A stretch of 59,058 bases of DNA, the filler included, from Sphacelaria rigidula (lineage: Eukaryota): the NCBI GenBank assembly GCA_964200075.2. It is 9 parts of 9 records of this genome, joined end to end, with 100 filler letters (N's around TTAATTAATTAA, not from the genome) between each part and the next. Parts side by side here need not be neighbours in the genome. Positions count along the whole stretch, not along the records: positions 46,016 to 52,487 come from CAXNAA020019873.1; positions 52,588 to 59,058 come from CAXNAA020019874.1; 7 more parts are not named here. One strand, written 5' to 3'. Both the position numbers and the translations under genes were made by a program. Positions 45,916 to 58,880 of this stretch are shown one piece after another. The notes beneath the pieces were generated by a model. The model was not told where the DNA came from, ran no database searches, and was given only the letters and a program-made list of their open reading frames with translations. The number at the start of each line of letters is the position of its first letter. Within the stretch, counting starts at the first letter, position 1.

Positions 45916-47713
45916 NNNNNNNNNNNNNNNNNNNNNNNNNNNNNNNNNNNNNNNNNNNNTTAATTAATTAANNNNNNNNNNNNNNNNNNNNNNNNNNNNN
46001 NNNNNNNNNNNNNNNCCGGGGCCCAGTCCCACCAACACAAGTTTGCACTGCTTGCAAGCAGCGTGTCTTGACCCTTAGCCCGCTAGATTAGTCTTTCTGG
46101 ATCATGCACACTGTTTTCCACTTGAAATTGATGCCGATTCAACAGAAGACTAATGTCGTGGTCTAAGGGTTAAGTGCGTGTTTGCGTGTTTCGGACAGCA
46201 GGATTCAAAAGAGAAGTGGGCAACGTGCAGTGCAGGCAGCCCAGGACTGTCAGTTCTCTCTGCTTACAACGTGACATGAAAAAGACTTCCACAAAGTCAA
46301 GCTTTGTGCTGCCTGCACTCTCCATGAGCGTGTACGCAACTCGGTTGCCCACCGTACCACGTAGTTCCGTCACTGATCCTACCATGAAAAAAAGATGCGC
46401 AGGTTTTCGCACAAAAAAAAAAAGAAGTATACCCAACTACTGCAGTGTATTTATTACCCCTTTTTCTCAACCCGTGCTCTATGCTGCAGGGTTGCGGTGG
46501 TAGCTGAGAATGAGTTGGATGGAGTTTGCATCGTTCACTTACCGGATGTTATCTGGCGTGGTGGTGTGCGAAATAAAAGCCAGGTGTCGCTTCGTGCCGT
46601 TCGATCGCATGTTTTCGATCGAAAAAACTCAGCTTTTTTGTTTGGTAGTTTTTCTCCGCGCGCCATTATTTCTAAATTTGAGTCCAAGCCTTGTAGGAAC
46701 AGAAATAAATGCGATGGGCCTGTCAGACCGAGAAAAAAACGGCGGCACTTTTCTTTATCGAAGAAAAAAATGCTAAGGCTACTTCTTACGTAATGAAAAA
46801 ACAGTACAAAAATCCGTTTTCTGGTAACAGACCAAGAAACCACGTCTTGTGTGATCAGAAAAACGCATTTTTTTATAAAAAAAGTTATGATAACATTGTA
46901 CGACAGGCCAAGGTTATCAGAGCACCGTGATTTTCCGATGATCTTGGGCTATCGAAAAATGTTACTGAGAAAGCGTTTTTGAATCACAACGCCCAACAAA
47001 CGTTTCAGCCCATGACAGCACCCATGATGGCTTCGCTGCCATCACTTCTGCTGGTGCTGGTGCTGACGGGTGGTCAGCATGTCGCTCCATTACCCTTCTC
47101 CCGCCAGTAGTGTGGTGGCCCTTTATTCCCATGAGAACAGCACAGGGCAGGGGCGATGACGAGTGCTGTACAGACAGTTTGTATCTAGTCCGTACAGTAT
47201 TGTAGCTCAGCTCAGCTCTTTGTATGCAGGGTGTGGCAAACAACAGTCGAAATGCAGGACAGGCTGCCCACCCACCCACGCCTCGTAGAGACAGGACCGT
47301 ACTGACTGTGCACGCAAGACTATAAGTGGTTCTTCTACTGTAGAACCATTGTCTGTACTGCTGCCCGTGTCGTCCGTACAGTGAAGTACAACCGTGTAGC
47401 GAAAAAACACAACCATCAGTTCTACAGTCAGCTAGTACAGCAAAAAGCGGGGTTCTTATTGATCGTCTGGCATTACGCAGCCCACCATGTACGGCTTAGT
47501 AAATGTATTACAGTGGTACAGACAGACAGTACGGACCGTACACCACGACACGACACCAGAGTGCTGTGTTTCTCTCGCGCGCCCCAGAATGTGACATTAT
47601 GCCCATACGCCTTGACAGCCGATCCTCAAATTTGGAGGCCAACCCGTTAATAAAATGAAATCCAATCGGCAATCCAGAAATCACGAGTGTTTGCAAGACA
47701 GTATGGTGTCGCC

Positions 47714-48005
47714 GCGCCCCAGTGGTGCAACGGGCCAACTGTCGCCATTAGGGCGAGGAGAAGGAGGGTTCGATTCCTGGTGCGTTTTTTTTTTTTTCGC
47801 AATATCTTATTTCCACCGTGGAAAGCGTGAAAACGTGAGAAAACAAGGTAGCCGACTGAGTTGGTTCGGCATGAGTTGACGCGGTGCGGGAGTGCTGACC
47901 CAATTCACTAGACCAACATGCAAGGCGTGTACTGGGGACAGATGAGTTTATCCCTTGAGACCACAGACTCATCCCGACGAAGGGCAGGAGGGATGCCACG
48001 GTAGG
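47714..48005 (+). mobile_element. tRNA-derived SINE (family 1)
   Basis: A-box TGGTGCAACGG, B-box GGTTCGATTCC. Body matches 820-1107. Confidence 0.75.
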
Positions 48006-48468
48006 GATGCACAAATATTTTCTGAGGTTAGAACTGTTAGAAGCCCTCTATCTCATCCAGAACACGATTTGTGACATATATGAGAGTACGCCCGGATTAC
48101 TATTCCATTGTGCTAGGGGTATCCCTGGTGAGTTTGCAAACGGGGATGCCCTGACCCATATTGTCGTGCATCGAGACTCGTTAGGAGCCCCTGAACCAGA
48201 CAAGATTTTGCGAAGAAAGTGCGCCTCCACCGTATCATCGCTCGGAGGGATTCAAAGTGCCACAACAACAAAAAAGCTCCACGGGAAAGCATTTGTCCTC
48301 AAAACACTATGTTACAGTTAATCGGGTGTGGTTAGGTGCACGAAATGAATGCGGTGCACACGCGTGTTGGTGACGATATCACCAGAGGAGCGACGGCCGG
48401 GAGGAAGCTCCCTGCCGGTGTCCTTTGTGTGTCGTCGTTCGGCGACTCCCAATAGCTACAAAGATTGG

Positions 48469-49815
48469 CATCATGTTACCAGCACATACCCAAGTTGCCA
48501 CGTGTCGGCAGGCAGGGTATCGTAGCACAGTCACGGAAACAAGATCGAAATGCTCACGATTGTCGTCTCCTGTCTGTGGTGCTGACCAATGTAAAGATCG
48601 ATTCCTCTCTGCCGCTCTACTTGGACAGGGCATATCTCTGTGCGCAGTAGAAGACACTTTCTACGATAGTCCCCCCCCAAAGTGCATGGTTTTGGGAGGC
48701 AAAATCTTTACGTGAATCGAAATGGGAAAAGCCGAGCACAACGAGAAGCTGACAATTCCCACGCTTGGGTTCGTTCTAGCCAATGTCGCCAATATGAGGT
48801 GCTTCATGCAGCTTGAACCCGAACGTCAGGCGCTGTATGGCTATTGCTGTCGTGACACTTTGAGCTGGTTTTGGGGGGGGCTATCGGAGAAAGTGTCAGA
48901 ACATGTCATGGAAAAGCAGGGTGATGTTTCCGTCACCGTTACTGTTCTTACACACACACTCATGCGAGCAAGGACAGTTGCACCGTTACGGCACGATCTT
49001 AAATCGCAAGCTGGAGGGGGTGTTATTGTAGTCATTGATTTTTCCCGGCGTCTGCGAAACAAGGACAACAGACCGTCTGCCACATCCCAGTTGGGGGGAT
49101 GAATATATGAAATATCAAATACTCGTGTAGACCTTTTTGGTATGCGGAGTGAAAACAGATACGTCGTGCGAGTGACTTCACATGTTCTGGCGTGACCCAA
49201 TCAGGGGCTGACATCCTGTAATCTCAGCTTCTCTGCTGTACAACCACTCGCGTGCTCAGCAGGGTGCGTGTATGTCGGTGTCTATTGCAAAAAATGTTAT
49301 GTGAGAAGAGTCATCCTAGGCTGGGGCGAGATATGGGTAGGAACAAGGGTGCCCGATGATTCACCAACTACCATTGCGTTCTTGACCCGCACCGTTCAGC
49401 GCTGACCAGAAAGGTCTCGCCTGAGAACAGCTTTCGAGCAATGACAGTAGTCAGCAGTACGTGAAGCCCGGAACACCGCTAAAATTTCGTTGCTGCATGT
49501 ATTGCCTATAGCAATTCTAGTGTACAAGCCTTGTAATGTAGGAGGGTTGTCATCTCTGAATTTTATTTCATATAATTACAAACGGCTGTCGCAAGCTGGA
49601 CGGGAACATCGCTCCGCTTCTCGACGACGTGTTCTACTGCGCAGAAAGGCACGTCCTGTTCAAGCAGAGAGGCAGAGGAGGATCGATATTTGCATTGGTC
49701 AGCGCCACAGACAGGAGACGACAACCGTAAGCATCCCGATCTTATTTCCACGGCTGTACTGCAATAACCCGCGTGCCGACACACAGCAAGTTGGGTACGT
49801 GCTGGTAACATGATG
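48469..49815. repeat. Pair of ~220-bp inverted repeats
   Basis: 48469-48934 (excluding the MITE) is the reverse complement of 49599-49815. Confidence 0.8.
48653..48897 (+). mobile_element. GRCAC-terminus MITE (245 bp), TSD AGAA
   Basis: GACACTTTCTACGATAG ... CTATCGGAGAAAGTGTC. AGAA at 48649-48652 and 48898-48901. Empty site present in the paralogous arm. Confidence 0.92.
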
Positions 49816-50964
49816 TTCTCCTCTGGTAATATCGTCATCGGAACGCGTGTACGCCGCATTCGTCCGGTGCACCCAGACACACCTGCTGTACTGCTACAGA
49901 TTTCTCAACGCTTTTTTGCGCCTAGGCACACGTGCTTTTTTGGTGGAAAATGCTTTACCTTGGTGTAACTGTGTGCTGCTTCGAGGGTAGCTTTGGTGAA
50001 CTCCTTTGCGGCCGCCGGAGCGGTGGTGGGTGGCTGGTATGCTCGCTCCCCGAGGTTGTACAGGAACCTCTCGATCACATGTTTCGATCTGCAGTTGTTG
50101 TCTCCTGAACTGCCGCTGCTTCGATTTCTTTTGTACGGTACGGTTGTGGGCAAAGTGGCCACCGAGGACGACAGTGGCCACCACCACGCTGTGATCCGAG
50201 TCAGAGTTGGCCGGAGGTGCGGGTTGAGGGTGTATGGCTACGTTGCGCACTCTACCTCCGTGTGCCTGTCGGGTAAGTATGTAGCTATTCGCTTGAAGTC
50301 GCTCGCGCGGTTCCCTGCAACACGTTTGTACGTGTCTGATATTCCATCTTTACGCGTGCTGAAGAAGGTGTTTGTGATGGCTAGGGATATATATATATAT
50401 ATATGAAATATTTCAACGCTTATGAATGTTCTCAAGCTCAAGCCTAAATTGTAAAACCATACTTGATTTTAAAAAAATCCCGTACTTACACAGGGAATGA
50501 GCTACGGCATTTCTAGTTTCAAATTCATTTGGGATATCCGGCCACGTGGATTGCTAACCGAGGCGTGCTCTCATACACCTCATAGGTTGTTCTTCGGATG
50601 AGACAGGGGGGTCGTAATTTACCTCAAAAATGTATTTGTGCGCCTGCTCCTACCGTAGCACCGCTCGGGACGGCGACGACATTCATTTGAATCAAGTGTT
50701 GCTAGAGGCGATCATCTCTACGACGCAGCAAGAATGGTCCTACCGTACATTGGTCTGCCCTCTTAACCAAAGTGGGGTGGTCAATTTCCTGATACGTGAG
50801 GTTGTCCTGGGCCCTCCTCCCCACAGGTGAGGTTGACCTGGGTCCGTCTCCTCCTAAGTGAGGTGGTCCTCCGTCTCCTGAACGAGGTGTCCTCACTCGT
50901 GTCCTGGTTCCCCTACTCCGGTCCGGGTGTCCGCAACCAGGCTGGGATGTCCTCAACAAAACAT

Positions 50965-52400
50965 GTGGCTCTAGCAAGGTGCTACTGAAGATAGTTGCGA
51001 CTCGCCCCAGCACCTACTGCGAGTGTAAGGGAATCCTCTCAGAAGCGCGATGCGGTTTCCGACCTGGCCGGTCTGCAGTCGACATGATATTCGTTGTGCT
51101 CAGGGTCCTAGAACTGACCAGAGAGAAGCATATTCCTATTTACATGTGCTTGATCGACCTCCGAAAGGCATACGATTCAGTGGACCATTCCCTTCTCTGG
51201 AAAGTTCTACCGCGCAACGATATTTCCGCCAAGATGATTTCTATCATCCGTCAGTTCCACGACGGCATGCGGGCATGCATATGCCTTGACAGCGACGAGA
51301 CATCTGAGTGGTTTAACGTTAACTATGGCCTCTGCCAAGGCTGTGTGCGTTCCCCCAGTCTGTTCAGCATCTTTTTCGCGGCCGTGCTAACGGTGACATT
51401 CGACCGCTTCCCCATCAATCAAGTGATGGCGCGGGACTTCATCCGCATCGCTGAAAGGAATGGGAAGACCAAGGACGAAATTAGCTAGTGCTTTGGGCCG
51501 TGCCACATGGCGACAATTCTAGCATCGTTCCGCGGTCTCGAGCAAGCCTGGCAAAGATGATGACGGCCTTCGCCGTAGTATGTGTGGCATTCACCCTCGT
51601 CGTGGCGGAAGATAAGACGGTCACCATACACATGCGCTCCCCGAATATGGGGACGGATGAGGTCGAGGTGAAAGCAGTGGGCCAAAGATATGAGCAAGTT
51701 GAGTCTTACCTGTATCTTGGCGGAACAATCAGCAGCATCGGTGATGTCACTCCAGAGATAACACAGCCGCATTGGCCAGGCCTGCACGTGCTTCTATAAG
51801 TACAGCAGAATGGTTTACGACAACCCGTACCGGACATCGCCCTGGCTACCAAGGATCGCCTTCTGAAGATTGAGGTGGTGAAGGAAATGCTGCGCGGCTG
51901 CGTGACCTGGACGATCGCACACTGCAGTTTCGGCGCGATACGGGAGGCCCATCTAGGTTTCCTGCTGAGGTGCCTCAACGGGCATACCTCAAGCCGCAGC
52001 GCCCGTGACTACCACATACTTCCATACCACGAGGTCCTCGAAATAACTACCCACGAGTGCATCGAGGCCGAGGTAACGACACGAACCCTCCTACTCACCG
52101 GCCGTGTTGTGCGCATGCGCGATGCATGCCTCCCCATCCTGGTCATTCTTGGAGTGATGGTCGGAGGGAAGACGAAGGCAGGCCGACCAGCACAACACCT
52201 ACAACATTGCATCACAGAACATCGTTCCCACCTCACAATAAGCGCGACATCGTCGACGCAGGTTGGCCAAGATGTATTCGAATGGTACCGAGTCATAGAG
52301 GAGGGGGCTAAGATGTAAGTCGAAGAGGGGCACTTTCGTACCTCGTGGCTGGGGTGCCACGATACAAACTCTGCCGTGCAGCTGGTCACGGCCAGCATAG
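50965..52400 (+). mobile_element. RTE-like LINE reverse transcriptase relic, 5'-truncated
   Basis: KVLLKIVATR, CGFRPGRSAVDMIF, IDLRKAYDSVD, GLCQGCVRSPSLF, YLYLGG. YADD degenerated to HGDN. Stop at 51486-51488 and frameshifts. Confidence 0.92.
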
Positions 52401-55199
52401 CAGGTCCGTATATAAAAACAAACTGGGAGAAAAATCCACACAATTGTTCTGTATTTTATATTTTTAGATCACTGAAGGCTCAACACCNNNNNNNNNNNNN
52501 NNNNNNNNNNNNNNNNNNNNNNNNNNNNNNNTTAATTAATTAANNNNNNNNNNNNNNNNNNNNNNNNNNNNNNNNNNNNNNNNNNNNGGTTTCGGACAGC
52601 GCTGTACGCTCACAGAGTCGATAAAATGCGCTGAAGAAGTATCTACGCGATCGAGGGGCATTAGGCCGACAAGGAAGTCATTGGGCACCATCGCTGAAAG
52701 CGTGGAGAAAGTACTGTTTTGAGCTCGAACCTTATTTCATTGATGAACCTCATTTTATAGAATCCTCTGCTCATTAGAAACGGCTGTCCACAGGTGAGGG
52801 AAGCCGCGTTTCATCGGATTCCTCATCTTGAAAGGAAATCATGCTGAACTTCTTTTCGAGCACTAGGAGAAGTTCGCAAGAAGCAGAGAGTAACCCCCTA
52901 TGAAATTTCGTATTCGTACATCTGTAAAATGTTTCCAGCCACGGCAATTCTTTTTCGAAACATTAACGGCGGCACTTTGCTTCTCATGGTTTATTTTCCT
53001 CTTTTATCTTATCGGGATAGTTCTCAAAAACTCCGGAACAATAGTTGATGAAACCCGAAGGAAGCCGACAAAGCATCCTCCTTCAATTGGTAAGAGCCGT
53101 TCAGAATGTGCAAAGGAGGTACGAATGGCTTCAGGCACAGGAGCAACAATGCGCGACAAGGTAAGCTAGGAGAAGTTTCAACAGACACGCAAAATACTCA
53201 GCTGGCTGTTTCTATAAAACTGTTCCACGTAAAATGTGACTTTTCGGGATGCCACTCCAACCCCATTTGGGTGTTCAACCTCGTTTTTCAGGGTCCTTAA
53301 TTATGACGTGTTATCTTAACGATATTTCGTCCCTCGGTGCGACTAAATTAACCTATATATGGCCTTGTGCTAGCTTGTTCCACGTGACAACCACAATCCT
53401 AACTCAGACAGTACGATAGGGGACACAGGCGCGGTGGGGATGATGTTGTAACGTCGCCCTCTCACCCCCATCCTCAAACGACTCATGATCCACGCTCTAG
53501 TCGAGTAAGTAGTGACCTGACAGTGCACTGCAGTGGTTCAAATCATTACTGAGTACGTGTTAAAGCCACCAATCGAGCCAGTGGCATTACCGAGGCACTA
53601 CAAAACAGTTCTTCAAGGTATTTCGGGCGTGTGGAGCAGGAGTTGGAGCTTCAGCCATACTCTGGTCGCCCCACTCATGTCGGTCGCAAGAGCAAGACCC
53701 GAAAGTGTAGAAATACTTAGTGATACTTACTCTTTTGTTGGTTCCATGTATGTTGTGTTTTTTCCCGTGACGTTGTTTCAGTGGGCATTGTAATTATCTC
53801 AGAAGAGGAACCTCATTTCGCAAACAATGAACTAACGGGACGTCATTGTTTTGCGGTCACACCTGGGTCGCATTAGTGCGAGCTGTCCTAGATACGGAAG
53901 TAACTGTGAACCGAAGGCAACGGATAAATAGGCATCAGAGTCGTCGATACACGATATTATGACTTTGTGCCACAAGATATCTCCTCTGCCTTCAGCGCTT
54001 GTTGACGGTTGCGCCGTAAGAGGCGGGTATGTACGCGTGTTTTGTTTGCATGGACGTCTTCTCGGCGGCAGCAGATTTGAATACCATGGAGGAGACCCGA
54101 CGATTGGTGTTTCTTTGAACACCATCAGCGTTGAGCGCGTTTTCGTCTCCGCCGGATTTAGATCATATACGCCGCAAAAAAAGGTCGTCTTCCTACTACT
54201 CGCCAGGCGTTAAGTTTTCACGCTCCGTGTGTTTATTCCGTGTTGAGTTGATATCCGGCTGTCTAGAACATTGAATGCGGTCATAAAACCGGGGCGCTAC
54301 CTCAAAAATAAGAATACTGTGGTGGTCTGATGTGGCCCGAAACAAAGAACAGGCAGGCAGGCAAGCCCCAACATGGCGGGCGTGGGTTGGAAACGAACTC
54401 TTCCCGTTCCCGCACCTTATTATTATGCTATGCGTGGGAGATGTCATGTACATGTTTTGCTCATATTTCCATCGAGTCAAATACGTGGTTGCACAACAAC
54501 GAATGAAGACGTGTGCGTCACCAATAATAGTAGTGTAGCATCTTACCGTGAAAAGAGGTGCCTTGTTTTGCGGCAGGAGCTCGAGCAAACGCACCCGAGA
54601 AGCAGACGGTTCTTATCTTCGACTATGCTGCGAAGAGGTAAAGAAGAGAATGATATCGTGAGAGAGGACGTAAATTGAAACTTGGAAGTGCTGTGGGCCG
54701 GCCGCACCCTGAATACACCGTTTTACAACAATATAATGTTCGCATCTTACGGCAACGAGAAATCTACTGTTTACAGACAAACAGTTTTCCTCGACAAACG
54801 ATGGGGCTTCATTGCTGCTCGATCTATCGGGCTCTTGTGCAGTAGTGGTGTCCACCTTTCTCTCCTAAGTGCACAATATAGGCACACTACGGTTTGCAGC
54901 CCTGGCCGTTCGTGTTGGTGCGCCTCCCAGTATGTATTCCCTCGCTCCAATCGCGATTTGACACTAAAACCAAGTAATTTTGGACTTATATTAGTGTCAA
55001 GTAGCCATTTTACCTTCGAAGAGTCTCCTCGAAGATTAGGTCCAACCAAGGGTCTGTCAAAAATATATTTCGGGACACGTAGGCGCCAAAATCGAAAATT
55101 CGAGTTTCTGAGGGGAGGGGGGGGGGGGAACCCAGCCGTGTGTCCCCTGGTTTTTTGCCGAAGCGTTGGCGGATGTGGTCAGCTGCCGTAGACAGTAGA

Positions 55200-55550
55200 G
55201 ATCCTTATACATTATATTATATATCCTATATTATATATCATATACTATATTTCATATATTATGTACCATATACTATATTTCATATATTATGTACCATATA
55301 ATATATGAAATATTATTGGTCTATATTACACATATGCTTCTTCTCCTTAATATATACTATTTTGTATATATTATTATTATCAATTATATTACAACATATT
55401 TATATACTATATAATTATATATATGTGAATATTCATCAAGGGGCAGCATATGTTATATTACATAATTATATAAATATTTAGACGCTATGTAATATATAGC
55501 ATATGATACTTATACTACATATTATATTATGAATATATAAATAAATATGT
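55200..55550. repeat. AT-rich low-complexity tract
   Basis: TATA/ATT-rich, with a short internal tandem duplication around 55238-55300. Confidence 0.8.
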
Positions 55551-55983
55551 AAAGGAGCAGAAGCAAGCATATACTCCGCAAAGACCACCAAACTCTTCGG
55601 ACTTTGTCCATGTCCATTGATCAATTTCTTGCAACAACTTAACAGAAAATATCATATTAAAAAAAAAACAGTACTATTTTAATTGTTAAAAAAATGCCCT
55701 CCGGCATCTGAGGTCATCGGGACAGAACGGGCAAGGAGCAGAAGCAGATATACGAACCCCACAAAGCCCACCAGAATTTTCGGTTTTTGTCAGCGCTTAT
55801 TGATCGATTTATTGTAATAAAATTAACAGAAATAATCAAAACAGTGCTTATTGATCAATACCTTGCGAGAAACTTGACAAAAAAAATCGAAAAAATCATG
55901 ACAATATTCAAAAAATGCTCTCCGGGAGGGGGGGGGCTACGTGTCCGATTTTTTTCACTCGACAGAACCTTGGTTCAACATAA

Positions 55984-56346
55984 AAATGACGTTCGTCTCG
56001 GAAATAGTGCTTCCCCTGTCCTAAATTCATGACAGATGACTTTCATATGGACAATCTCATATCCCCCGATTTCCCTAAAAATATTTCTGGGGGTTTTCCG
56101 TCGTCCGTTTCCCCGAAGGGTATGTTCGAAAGCACCATTTTGCCTCGATTTCCGGGGAAAAAGGGGACGCTTTTCAGACCGAAATTGGTGTCTTTGCACA
56201 TCATGCCCTTAGGTGGAACGGAAGACGGTAAAATTCCGTAAATAGTCTTGGGTAGGTCGTCGGGGGATATGAGGTCGTCCATATGAGAATCATTTGTGAC
56301 GACTTTATGTCACGGTAAGCACTGTTTTGGAGTTGAACGTCATTTG
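55984..56346. repeat. Foldback with ~160-bp diverged arms
   Basis: AAATGACGTTC...CATATGGAC..CTCATATCCCCCGA mirrored by TCGGGGGATATGAG..GTCCATATG...GAACGTCATTT. Confidence 0.8.
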
Positions 56347-57391
56347 ATGGTGTTCAACCTCATTTTCACACGTCGAACAGATCATTAGCTGTGTCAGTTG
56401 AATCATATAGGCCAAGTGTAAGTACACTTGTGTACACGATTCAAATGACACGGTGCAATCCGTCATGGAAAGGAACTCGTGGTCCGGGTATCATTGATCA
56501 CGAGGGGGGTATCTCGTACGGGTTGTGAGGTTACGCAGGTATTAGAATATTGCCGATCTGAACCCTAGTGCACATGTGCTTGTATTAATTCGGGTACATT
56601 ACGGGTCAGGTTGGCGGTATATCAAAGGTTCGGGGCGGACAGATATTGTACTATGACTAGATATGACGCATAGGAGGCGATGTTTTCTGTACGCCCCAAC
56701 AATGGCACTTCAGGTTGTGTATCTGCATTCTACATAATAATTTGGTGATGCAAGCGCAGCTCGCGTGGAGCTTGAACGGTTGATGATGCCGGGTGAGTAA
56801 ATGGTATAAGAGCTTGATACAAGAAGAAGAGCAGTTGCTACACATTCCCCTCTATCCAGAGCACCCCATTCGAGGGGCCTTTATTACGCTAGCGCTTCGA
56901 AGGGCTTCATGGTTTTCGATCGCAGGGACACTGATTTCAGTCAATAATGAGCAGAGGGGAAAAAATGAGCTTGAGAGAGATTCATGCGCAGAGCGTTTTA
57001 GGCTGTCGAGAAAGAGAGAAGAATTTGAAGTAGAAATTCAAGAGAGTCACGCAGTTAGCGTCTAATACAGTTGATCAGAACAGCAGCAAAACTGTCGCAT
57101 TAAGCGTTCTAGGGCAGTAAAGCACATCGCAAAATAGATATGGAGAACAAGCACCGTACGGTCAAAGAATGTTTCCGGCTGTGTGCCCACACACGCGGCC
57201 ATTCGGCTACCTCGTAGAGGAATTTCCAAACGTCATCCTCGGTTCCGTCCGTTTTGAATTCCCCCCTAGAGGATCTTGGACATTCGTAATCCTCTACAGG
57301 ATTTCCAGTGTTGGGGCCCTCGAAGGTCTGTGTCGATACTAAAATCCCCTGGATTGTTTCTGGAGGCACGAGTGCTATGGGAATCTGGAAC

Positions 57392-57480
57392 TTTTACAGC
57401 CTCTGCTGTTCGAAATAAATCCTCATCCCAAGGAATCGGGCAAAAAGCATTATTTATTTCGAACAGCAGAGGCTGTAAAA
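57392..57480. repeat. Perfect 29-bp inverted repeat with 31-nt loop
   Basis: TTTTACAGCCTCTGCTGTTCGAAATAAAT (57392-57420) and its reverse complement (57452-57480). Decayed copy at ~57519-57596. Confidence 0.9.
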
Positions 57481-58696
57481 ATCCCATTTACACTCGCGGA
57501 TGAGATTTGTGCACCAGAAGCTGTTCAAAATAAATCCTCATTTTGCCCGTCAATACCTGAAATTGGGCAAAAAAGGAACTTATTGGCGAGCAGCTTTTGT
57601 TGTTCAAGTCCCAAATACTATACCGCCTATTACTGCATGAGAATCGAGAGAGAGCAGAAATCGTTGAAAACTTATCCTCTCATCCATCATTCATATATCA
57701 ATTGCATGGTGGGGATCGAAGTCTCCAGCAGCCTCGGTTGGTCACAAATCCCATACAATAATTGCGAGTGTATGTACACACACCCATGCTATGTAGCTTT
57801 AGCTTGTGGATATGGTGCATGAGATGTATGAACCTCATGTATGTATACTCACAGGTTTTAAAAACCCCGTAGTCCTGTGTATACCATTCTGACACCAAAG
57901 TGAAGCATGTTTTTGAGTGAACACGCGAAAAATTGATCACGGTTCATTCTGTACGTTGATGACGATATAACGTTCACAACAATAAGCATGGTTTGGTGCT
58001 GTACTGAAATGTACAATACCGTGCAGGAGAGTACCATATCGTGCTTATATACGTGGAGAACAATATACTGCAGAGTTAGCGCGGCATATGCGCCATGTAT
58101 GGCTAAACAAAATGGATGCCTGTAACTTTGGGTGCATGGGGGTGTTACATACCGTCTGTTACTGAGTATACATCACCACACCCGCTCTTGCAGCATGCTC
58201 ACATGCTCACCGCTGCAGTCAGTTAAACGTGAAGGGGAAGCGGGCAAACTACAGTACAGCCAGCGCAGGACTACATATATGTTTTCTGCTTACAATGCGA
58301 CGTAAAAAGGACTTGGAGAGTGTGCGCAGCTTTGTCTGCCTGCGCACTGTCCCTGGGTATCTGTTTGCAGTAAACCGCCGGTTATTACCCGCACCCTATA
58401 CCCCGCGCATGGTTCCGGCACCGCGCGACTCCGCGACCATGGAAGGAGATCAAGTTTAAACCTCCACCAACAAGACGTATGCATCATACCCAACTACTGC
58501 AGTGTGTATCTATATCCCTGCACCCAACTCGTGCTCTTTGTTGCAGGGTTATTGTTGTGGTATTATATCTGGCCTGATGGTCCTAAAGGCGCCCTGGAAG
58601 CAGTTAGGACACAATTGCACATGTGTAAATGTACACGCTGGAGGATACTGCACGGTTATGCACACGTGGACAAATAGCACCCTGTGGGACACGTCT

Positions 58697-58880
58697 ACAG
58701 GGTTCAGGGAAACTGTGCAGTGTTTCTCGCGGGAATCTGGCTGTACTTATTTTTTGCGCCCCACAGGACGCTTCACAGGGTTCAGGGAAACTGTGCAGGC
58801 TTTCTCGCGGGGATTTGAGTGTAGGGTATTATTTTGTGCCACACAGGGCGCTTTACAGGGTTCCGTCACTCTGTGTAGAA
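58697..58880. repeat. ~78-bp tandem repeat, about 2.3 copies
   Basis: ACAGGGTTCAGGGAAACTGTGCAG..TTTCTCGCGGG repeated. Confidence 0.8.

Larger units (their letters stand above)
6475..52587. other. Eight artificial assembly spacers (N-run + TTAATTAATTAA + N-run) separating nine contigs
   Basis: Spacers at 6475-6573, 13049-13148, 19623-19721, 26197-26296, 32770-32868, 39343-39442, 45916-46015 and 52488-52587. The 12-mer has stops in all six frames. Spacing is 6572-6574 bp. Confidence 0.97.

Noticed and set aside
52588..55190. Protein-coding gene from several short ORFs
   Set aside because: No coherent exon chain or recognisable domain; the faint ABC-like wording at 53600-53700 lacks a Walker A motif.
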